From Candidatus Geothermarchaeota archaeon (GTDB taxonomy: Archaea > Thermoproteota > Nitrososphaeria > Geothermarchaeales > JDFR-13): DNA of 24,000 nucleotides. The position numbers and the translations under genes are program-made. The stretch covers positions 79,554 through 103,553 of the forward strand of contig WAKB01000010.1 in NCBI GenBank assembly GCA_015523545.1. The letters run 5' to 3'. The notes beneath the pieces are model-generated. The model did no database searches. It was not told where the DNA came from and was given only the letters and a program-made list of their open reading frames with translations. Shown here piece after piece: positions 8,602 through 13,907 of the stretch. Numbering within the stretch: the stretch's first letter is position 1; every line of letters starts with the position of its first letter.

Positions 8602-8609
8602 CACCCACC

Positions 8610-9089
8610 CTACTGCTCATCCCTACCTAGAAGGTCTCCCAAGGTAATAGAGTCTTCCCCACCAGATGAATATATAACTTTCTCCTCCCTAGGCTCCGCC
8701 TCCTCAACCAGCTTCACTGAGAGCAGCTTCTCAAGCTTCCTAAGAACTGGGAGCTCCGGAACCATCTTCCCCTGCTCAACCTTTCTTATATAGCTGAGTT
8801 TCACGCCGACTAGCCTAGCCAAGTCCTCCTGGGTCAAGCCCCGCGCCTCCCTAGCCCCCTTAATGATCAGGCCATAATCCTCCACCACGTCATACTCGGG
8901 CGAGAGGGGCTTGACACTCCGCTGCTGCCTAGCCTGCCTAGCAATGGGCTTTTTCCTAGGCTCACCAGCTCTACGTATAACTACCAAGCCATACTTCCTG
9001 ACACAGGATGGACAGGCCAGTACACGGCTTCCAGAGAAGATGACTAGGTGCAACTCCTCCGACTTAGATCCACATAGTTCACAAGACAT
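8610..9089 (-). CDS. mbf1: Archaeal multiprotein-bridging factor 1 (Zn-ribbon + cro/C1 HTH)
   Basis: N-terminal CxxC...CxxC (MSCELCG...ACPSC) and a C-terminal HTH (ARGLTQEDLARLVGVKLSYIRKVEQGKMVP). Length 159 aa, ATG 9089. Confidence 0.85.
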   Translation of the reverse strand: MSCELCGSKSEELHLVIFSGSRVLACPSCVRKYGLVVIRRAGEPRKKPIARQARQQRSVKPLSPEYDVVEDYGLIIKGAREARGLTQEDLARLVGVKLSYIRKVEQGKMVPELPVLRKLEKLLSVKLVEEAEPREEKVIYSSGGEDSITLGDLLGRDEQ

Positions 9090-9121
9090 TTTGCTACAAT
9101 AATTCTACTCCCAATACCCCC

Positions 9122-9129
9122 AAATATTT
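9122..9129. promoter_or_regulatory. Palindromic TATA-like element AAATATTT in the mbf1/nac divergent intergenic region
   Basis: It is the only strong AT-rich octamer in the 79-nt divergent spacer. Its centre is 36.5 nt from the mbf1 ATG (9089) and 43.5 nt from the nac ATG (9169). Confidence 0.4.
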
Positions 9130-9168
9130 ATTGATACGACACTAGACAAACTATTTTGAGGATGGGGG

Positions 9169-9525
9169 ATGAGGCGGATAGGATCTAGAGAACTGAGGAG
9201 AATGATGAAGAAGATGGGTATAGAGGGTATGGAGAGCCTCGATGTGGAGGAGGTTATCTTTATATATAGAGATGGTAGGAAGACCCGGATAGTAAACCCC
9301 AATGTTAGTAAGATAGCCATGGGCGAGACCACAATATACCAGGTAGTAGGCAACGAGGAGGAGTATGAGGAAGAGAGTAAGATAGAATTCTCCGAAGAGG
9401 ACATCGCCATAGTCATGGAGCAGGCGAACGTGGATAGAGAGCTGGCGATAAAGGCCCTGGAACTTACCCAGGGAGATATAGCAGCGGCCATAATAGCTCT
9501 TAAAGAAGGAGGATTATCAGATTAA
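9169..9525 (+). CDS. nac: Nascent polypeptide-associated complex protein (NAC alpha, NAC + UBA domains)
   Basis: 118 aa. RELRRMMKKMGIEGMESLDVEEVIFI...ETTIYQVVG is the NAC domain. The C-terminal EEDIAIVMEQANVDRELAIKALELTQGDIAAAI is the UBA domain. Confidence 0.88.
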   Translation: MRRIGSRELRRMMKKMGIEGMESLDVEEVIFIYRDGRKTRIVNPNVSKIAMGETTIYQVVGNEEEYEEESKIEFSEEDIAIVMEQANVDRELAIKALELTQGDIAAAIIALKEGGLSD

Positions 9526-9534
9526 GATGGAGTA

Positions 9535-9612
9535 GGGGCCGTGGTGTAGCTTGGCTAGCATGCGGGCCTTGGGAGCCCGTGGTCGCCGGTTCAAATCCGG
9601 CCGGCCCCACCA
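9535..9612 (+). tRNA. tRNA-Pro (anticodon UGG), uninterrupted, CCA encoded
   Basis: Hand-folded cloverleaf: GGGGCCG/CGGCCCC acceptor, GUGU/GCAU D stem, CGGGC-CUUGGGA-GCCCG anticodon arm, UGGUC variable loop, GCCGG-UUCAAAU-CCGGC T arm, A73, CCA. Confidence 0.93.
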
Positions 9613-9640
9613 AAAATCAAAAAATAAGAATTTAGGTTTT
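9612..9640. terminator. Oligo-T termination region shared by convergent transcripts
   Basis: After the cupredoxin stop the minus strand reads ...TTCTTATTTTTTGATTTTTGG (T6 and T5 runs). After the tRNA the plus strand reads TTTAGGTTTT (9631..9640). Archaeal RNAP terminates at oligo-T. Confidence 0.35.
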
Positions 9641-9649
9641 CAGTGGAGG

Positions 9650-10252
9650 CTACTCGCCAGTGGCTGTAGCGTTCTCAGGAGGCTCTTGAATAATCCAGGT
9701 TCCGTACATCCCCGCCTCTCTATGACCGGGGACGGTACATAGATACTCATACACCCCTGGGTCTTGATTTATCACGAACTCCACCGTATATACCTGATCA
9801 GGATCTATGTATCCACTATCCTCCGAGACACCGAGAACCATGAACGAGTGCTGAACCTCACCCTTATTGTCGAGAGTTACCCTTATCAAATAGTTCTGAT
9901 AAACCGCGATATCCGGATTGGTGTAGTTAAAGGCGTACTCCGTCATCACTAGATACATTTCCTGAGTACCTAGGATGACCGTTTCACCCTCACCGCCGAA
10001 CATGAACCCCCATCCAATCAATAGAAATCCAAGCACAAAGAGGAAAGCAATGGGTACGTATGCATCGGCAGTGGGAGGCCCACCCTTGAAGAGAGCTATG
10101 GGTAGTAGGAATAGCCCTAGAAGGAAGACTGCTAATGATGGTGGGGTCATCTCGATAAACGACTCAGAGACACCTGCGAAGGCGCCGAGCCAAACCCCTA
10201 GCAGACCTATAGTTATTAGGAAGACGCTAGCCAAATAGAGGCCACGATCCAT
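9650..10252 (-). CDS. Membrane-anchored type-1 (blue) copper protein, sulfocyanin/halocyanin-like cupredoxin
   Basis: The C-terminal domain carries T1Cu ligands: H in GEVQHSFMV and C..PGH....M in YEYLCTVPGHREAGMYG. The N-terminal approx 95 aa has three hydrophobic helices. ATG 10252 lies 9 nt after the cyt b stop, with GAGGTGG overlapping that stop. Confidence 0.8.
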   Translation of the reverse strand: MDRGLYLASVFLITIGLLGVWLGAFAGVSESFIEMTPPSLAVFLLGLFLLPIALFKGGPPTADAYVPIAFLFVLGFLLIGWGFMFGGEGETVILGTQEMYLVMTEYAFNYTNPDIAVYQNYLIRVTLDNKGEVQHSFMVLGVSEDSGYIDPDQVYTVEFVINQDPGVYEYLCTVPGHREAGMYGTWIIQEPPENATATGE

Positions 10253-10261
10253 AATCCCACC

Positions 10262-11599
10262 TCACGACATCAGCCTAATGACATATGTAATGAATCCGAA
10301 GGCGATCAGCGACGCCCCCGTCATAAGCATTCCAAAGATCAGGTTACCCATGTAGTAGGATACGAGGGAGAGTATAACAACGGCTATCTCTGCAGCTAGT
10401 AGCAGGTAGAAGAGGGCTGTCAACTCCTCATCAGACAGTTTAAACTGCTGAGCAGCCCTCTTGACAGGCTCTGGCTTTCTCCCCTTGCTATACTTGGAGT
10501 AGGCATATGCTGCGCCGAAAGACGCCACGTTTAGAAGTATAAGTACACCGAAGAAGAGCACGGGGTCGATCTCTAGACGGGCATTATACCCCTTAGTTGG
10601 ATCAGGGTCTACATAGAAACCCCAGACTGTAGTGACGATGCTCTGAGAAACGCCTGCGAGCCCAATACCCAGGGCCACAGGCCTATCCGCGAGCCTCATC
10701 CCCTTAGACCTGTCAACAAACGGAACTATCATAAACATCATGATGAACAGTGTGGGGAGGAGTACACCAGCAACAAACTTATCTATACCCGTTCTCAACA
10801 GTGCGTATAGCGGGTTGATATACCACTCTGGGATCGTTATAGGGAGTGGTCTAAACGGGTCGTACTGATTACCAAGTGGAACTGGATATAGCGCCGAAGT
10901 GATGAACAGGGTGCCGACCACGATACCGGCCATACCTGGGTCGAAGACCAGGTTCCTAGGGAAGTGTAGCGTGATTAGGAGGAGCATTGTCAAGGGGAGT
11001 ATGAAGACGTGTAGAGCATATATTCTTAGGACTAGGTCGTTGAATCCCGTGCCTATTACTATATCGGCAATTACAGGTCCTATAACAGGGGTTGAATAAG
11101 CCAGGGCAGCACCAATATTGATGGCTAGAACAGCTCTCTCATTCATTATCAAGTCGTATCCTATGTAGGCCTCGATTATGGTAAGTGTACCTAGTATGAC
11201 GCCAGTTACCCATATAACCTCATTCCTTATTTTATACCTCCCTGAGAACAACTGGTAGAACAGGTGATATATGGCCAGGAATATCATGAGGTTAGAGGCG
11301 TGGTAATGGATGTTCCTAATGATTAACCCAAAGTCCACCTCATTGTTAATCATCTCTACACTGGGATATGCCTGGTCAAGCGTTGGTCTATAATAGAACA
11401 TTAGAAGCCCACCAGTTATGCCCAGGACTATAAATGTTATGAAGGTCAGCATCCCTAGGAATCCATGTGGACTAACAATCCTATTCGGAACAACGAAGCG
11501 AATACCGAAGAGGATGGTCCTCTCCAGCCTCTTAATAGTCCAGTCATAGGCCTCTATAGCCCTATCGACCAGCGACTTCTTCTGTTCCTCACCTGCCAT
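10262..11599 (-). CDS. Cytochrome b (fused N- and C-terminal domains, Qo PEWY motif) of a Rieske/cyt b complex
   Basis: Two His pairs at 13-residue spacing in adjacent helices (NIHYHASNLMIFLAIYHLF; YALHVFILPLTMLLLITLHF). PEWY motif present (ITIPEWYINPLYALLR). A polytopic 445-aa protein whose ATG 11599 overlaps the Rieske gene by 11 nt. Confidence 0.88.
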   Translation of the reverse strand: MAGEEQKKSLVDRAIEAYDWTIKRLERTILFGIRFVVPNRIVSPHGFLGMLTFITFIVLGITGGLLMFYYRPTLDQAYPSVEMINNEVDFGLIIRNIHYHASNLMIFLAIYHLFYQLFSGRYKIRNEVIWVTGVILGTLTIIEAYIGYDLIMNERAVLAINIGAALAYSTPVIGPVIADIVIGTGFNDLVLRIYALHVFILPLTMLLLITLHFPRNLVFDPGMAGIVVGTLFITSALYPVPLGNQYDPFRPLPITIPEWYINPLYALLRTGIDKFVAGVLLPTLFIMMFMIVPFVDRSKGMRLADRPVALGIGLAGVSQSIVTTVWGFYVDPDPTKGYNARLEIDPVLFFGVLILLNVASFGAAYAYSKYSKGRKPEPVKRAAQQFKLSDEELTALFYLLLAAEIAVVILSLVSYYMGNLIFGMLMTGASLIAFGFITYVIRLMS

Positions 11600-12083
11600 A
11601 GCCTATTTCACCCTCCACCCCAACAGCATATATATCGCCAGCCTCGTCTATCTCGAGGAGAAGCTTGGGGAGATACCTATTGGGCTGCTTAGCTGCTGGA
11701 CCCGCTATTGCAAAGCCATCCTCCACAGTATAGATACTCCCGTGGCATGGACACTGGAATGTGTTACCAGTCTCCTTGTCTAGGGATATGAGACACCATA
11801 GATGGATACAGACCCTACTATACCCCACAACCTCACGTTCACCGGTCCTGACCACGGAGAACTGCTTAAAGGGATCCTTATCCCTCGCGGGATCACCACT
11901 ACGGGGATATACAACAAACCTCTCAGTACCAATCGGGATATCCTTTATATTAGCAATTTTCTGACGTGGAGGAGCAGTTCCAGACTCCGGGGTGAGGAAC
12001 TTACCCAGTGGTATGAATGGGGCTAGGCAGGCTAAACCTGAAGCGGCAGCCAATGCCTTTATTACATCACGCCTATTAGGCAC
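11589..12083 (-). CDS. Rieske [2Fe-2S] protein with Tat signal
   Basis: Twin-arginine leader (NRRDVIKALAAASGLACLAP). Cluster boxes are CIHLWC and CPCHGS, 13 residues apart. The start is GTG 12083, preceded by GGGAGGTG (12099..12092) at 8 nt. Confidence 0.9.
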   Translation of the reverse strand: MPNRRDVIKALAAASGLACLAPFIPLGKFLTPESGTAPPRQKIANIKDIPIGTERFVVYPRSGDPARDKDPFKQFSVVRTGEREVVGYSRVCIHLWCLISLDKETGNTFQCPCHGSIYTVEDGFAIAGPAAKQPNRYLPKLLLEIDEAGDIYAVGVEGEIGYGR

Positions 12084-12144
12084 TTAATCTACACCTCCCG
12101 AGAGCCGTCTAACCCATTGAGTATCACTACTTGACATAATATCG

Positions 12145-12158
12145 GTATAATATAAATT
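12145..12158 (-). promoter_or_regulatory. Putative TATA box of the Rieske-cyt b-cupredoxin operon
   Basis: The minus strand reads AATTTATATTATAC, approx 69 nt upstream of GTG 12083. This implies a approx 40-nt leader carrying the SD. Confidence 0.4.
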
Positions 12159-12263
12159 CTCTATGCAGTAATCTATACACTTCCCGATTTTTGGGGGTGG
12201 TTATGGAATTAGAGGAGGGGTTAGTGGTGGGGCCGGTGGGATTTGAACCCACGACCGACCGGT

Positions 12264-12301
12264 ATCCACCAGTCATCCCCAGGGGGTCCTAATACCGGGA
12301 T
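12264..12301 (-). other. tRNA-Trp intron 2 (38 nt, canonical position 37/38)
   Basis: AUCCCGGUAUUAGGACCCCCUGGGGAUGACUGGUGGAU. The C32:G(-3) anticodon-intron pair is present. The central helix is imperfect. Confidence 0.7.
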
Positions 12302-12308
12302 CTGGAGC

Positions 12309-12326
12309 CTCAGCCAACTATATTGT
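12309..12326 (-). other. tRNA-Trp intron 1 (18 nt, non-canonical position 30/31 in the anticodon stem)
   Basis: ACAAUAUAGUUGGCUGAG. It folds by hand into an hBHBh' motif (details in findings). The junction is ambiguous by 1 nt (29/30 or 30/31). Confidence 0.7.
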
Positions 12327-12375
12327 CGGCCGCCCTTCCTGGCTGGGCCACGGCCCCAAGCACTATAGCATCAAG

Positions 12376-12382
12376 AATATTT
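12376..12382 (-). promoter_or_regulatory. Putative TATA element for tRNA-Trp
   Basis: The minus strand reads AAATATT, centred approx 22 nt upstream of the tRNA 5' end (12357). Confidence 0.35.
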
Positions 12383-12396
12383 GGTTTCACCTACCC

Positions 12397-12417
12397 ATAT
12401 TAAAAATAAATTAAAAA
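12397..12417 (+). promoter_or_regulatory. AT-rich TATA region for the m5C methyltransferase gene (leaderless geometry)
   Basis: ATATTAAAAATAAATTAAAAA ends 7 nt before ATG 12425. A TATA centred near 12403 would put the transcription start at about the ATG. Confidence 0.4.
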
Positions 12418-12424
12418 GGGAAGC

Positions 12425-13657
12425 ATGGTGAACGGGATGGAACTGCCCAGCATACTCGAAAGACTCCTACTAGAATCATGTATAGAGGGTATAGACCCTC
12501 TGAAGGAGGCTGAGATCCTCGTTAGACTCCCTATCAAGACCATATCAATAAACACATTAGCGGGATATAGAGCTGAGTATATCTTTAAGATACTGGGTGG
12601 GGCGGGAATAGACATATCCCCCCTAGACGGTCTAGAGAGAAGGGTTGGTATCGTCCTTGACGGGTATGAACTCCTGGACAACGCTATACACAGGAATGGG
12701 GGCTACTACATCATGGAGGTGGCCAGCGCAACCCTACACACAGTCCTCGAAGCAATAGGGAGGGGGGAGAAGATGGATCACGTCCTAGACGTGGCGGCTG
12801 CCCCAGGAGGGAAGACCTTTATAGCGGCCAACACATATCCGGACTCAACCATCGTGGCTAACGAGCCCAACAGAGCCCGCCACAGGAGACTGGTGAACAA
12901 CATAGTTAGACACTGCCTCTACAATGTATGGGCTTCTAGACACCGGGGGGAGAAGCTACCCTCCTCAGGGCCCTACGACCTAGTCATATTCGACGCACCA
13001 TGCACAGGCCTTGACCTACTATACAAAAGGCCACAGGAAGTAGTCGCCAACCTGAAACACAGAGAGACATACTCATCCCTCCAGAGATCCATAGTTAGAC
13101 ATATATCCCAGATGGTGAGGAGGGGTGGATACCTAGTATACTCGACATGTACCCTGACGAGGGAGGAGACGATAGACGTATACAGCGAGGCCCTAAAATA
13201 TGGATGGGAACCCATCCACAAGAATCTACGGCTCCCATTAGAGACCTTTTCACCAGACGACGCACCAGGATCCTTCTTCATACTACCAAGCCTAAACATC
13301 GGTAGGTATAGAGGCAACACGGGGCTGATGTACATATCGATATTCAGGAAGATAGACGGCCCTGACATAGATGATGGATATACCAAGCCACCAGGAGCAT
13401 ATAGACCGGTATATGACCTGGCCAGAGAGGCCTGTAGATACGCTTCATGTATCTACAGTGGGATATGCAGTGATAAGCAGATATCCACATTGAAAATCAG
13501 TTCGGCGGAGGAGATAGCCGAACTAATTAGGAGGGGAGTAGTTAGGCACGAGGCGACTAGCGAGATACGTGGAAGGACTTTAATAGTCTATGAAGAGGAC
13601 GGTGAAGAGACCCCCATAGCCCTGGCGGAATACTTCTCAGGCATGATCAGGATATGA
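12425..13657 (+). CDS. NOL1/NOP2/Sun-family RNA (cytosine-C5)-methyltransferase
   Basis: SAM motif I is DVAAAPGGKT, motif IV is DAPCTG (catalytic Cys) and motif VI is YSTCT (second catalytic Cys). 410 aa, with a approx 100-aa C-terminal extension of unclear fold. Confidence 0.88.
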   Translation: MVNGMELPSILERLLLESCIEGIDPLKEAEILVRLPIKTISINTLAGYRAEYIFKILGGAGIDISPLDGLERRVGIVLDGYELLDNAIHRNGGYYIMEVASATLHTVLEAIGRGEKMDHVLDVAAAPGGKTFIAANTYPDSTIVANEPNRARHRRLVNNIVRHCLYNVWASRHRGEKLPSSGPYDLVIFDAPCTGLDLLYKRPQEVVANLKHRETYSSLQRSIVRHISQMVRRGGYLVYSTCTLTREETIDVYSEALKYGWEPIHKNLRLPLETFSPDDAPGSFFILPSLNIGRYRGNTGLMYISIFRKIDGPDIDDGYTKPPGAYRPVYDLAREACRYASCIYSGICSDKQISTLKISSAEEIAELIRRGVVRHEATSEIRGRTLIVYEEDGEETPIALAEYFSGMIRI

Positions 13658-13672
13658 CAAGACATCCTCAGG

Positions 13673-13766
13673 TGGGGCCGGCCGGATTTGAACCGGCGAC
13701 CACGGGCTCCCGAGGCCCGCATGCTGGTCACCAGACTCGGTTCTAGCCAAGCTACACCACGGCCCC
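13673..13766 (-). tRNA. tRNA-Pro (anticodon CGG) with a 19-nt intron in the D arm
   Basis: The exon sequence is identical to tRNA-Pro(UGG) at 9535..9609 except U34->C34. An insertion AACCGAGUCUGGUGACCAG follows exon nt 24 (G22). The 3' end encodes CC then T, so CCA is not complete. Confidence 0.85.
13724..13742 (-). other. tRNA-Pro(CGG) intron (19 nt, non-canonical, D stem 22/23)
   Basis: Defined by alignment with the intron-less twin gene. The junction is ambiguous by up to 2 nt because of the repeated AG. A BHB-like fold can be drawn by hand. Confidence 0.75.
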
Positions 13767-13780
13767 TCCTAAGAAGAGTT

Positions 13781-13857
<77 letters not shown>

Positions 13858-13886
13858 ACACCACCATATTTCATTGGAATAGACTC

Positions 13887-13894
13887 TAATTAAA
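13887..13894 (-). promoter_or_regulatory. Putative TATA element for the tRNA-Gly/tRNA-Pro(CGG) pair
   Basis: TTTAATTA on the minus strand, centred approx 33 nt upstream of the tRNA-Gly 5' end, inside the FEN1 3' flank. Confidence 0.3.
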
Positions 13895-13907
13895 GATTTG
13901 GAGCTTA

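Larger units (their letters stand above)
12225..12357 (-). tRNA. tRNA-Trp (anticodon CCA) with two introns, CCA encoded
   Basis: Hand parse of the minus strand. Removing 12326..12309 (18 nt) and 12301..12264 (38 nt) leaves a 74-nt cloverleaf: acceptor GGGGCCG/CGGCCCC, D arm GCCC-AGCCAGGAA-GGGC, anticodon arm GCCGG-CUCCAGA-CCGGU, T arm GUGGG-UUCAAAU-CCCAC, A73. Confidence 0.8.

Noticed and set aside
8305-8793. A 162-aa plus-strand ORF lies opposite hflX/mbf1. Similar antisense ORFs lie at 12400..12681, 12973..13386, 21450..21941, 20023..20289 and 23365..23781.
   Set aside because: All lie antisense to confidently identified genes, are Ser/Pro/Leu-rich and lack motifs. I treat them as compositional artefacts.
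9105-9491. A 128-aa minus-strand ORF overlaps nac.
   Set aside because: It is antisense to a well-supported NAC gene. Its sequence is low-complexity and Ser/Leu/Ile-rich, and it would start inside the divergent promoter spacer.
12264-12326. C/D-box-like motifs occur in the tRNA-Trp introns (CUGA in intron 1, GGAUGA in intron 2). They recall the Haloferax tRNA-Trp intron that acts as a C/D guide RNA.
   Set aside because: The D-like box lies upstream of the C-like box, the C box is imperfect, the introns are too short (18 and 38 nt) for a K-turn plus guide, and I found no guide complementarity to C34 or U39.
9535-12357. The respiratory operon is bracketed by tRNA genes, so it could be a tRNA-targeted integrated element or genomic island.
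   Set aside because: There is no integrase, transposase or partial tRNA direct repeat (att) at either edge. The only similarity between the flanking tRNAs is generic T-arm and acceptor conservation, on opposite strands. SD and promoter style match the rest of the window.
12225-12357. An alternative single-intron model for this tRNA: one 56-nt intron, leaving anticodon loop GUGGAUA (anticodon GGA, Ser).
   Set aside because: It would give U at position 37 and a 5-nt variable loop, incompatible with a class II tRNA-Ser. The two-intron model gives the canonical Trp loop CUCCAGA, and a strict BHB motif supports the 18-nt intron.
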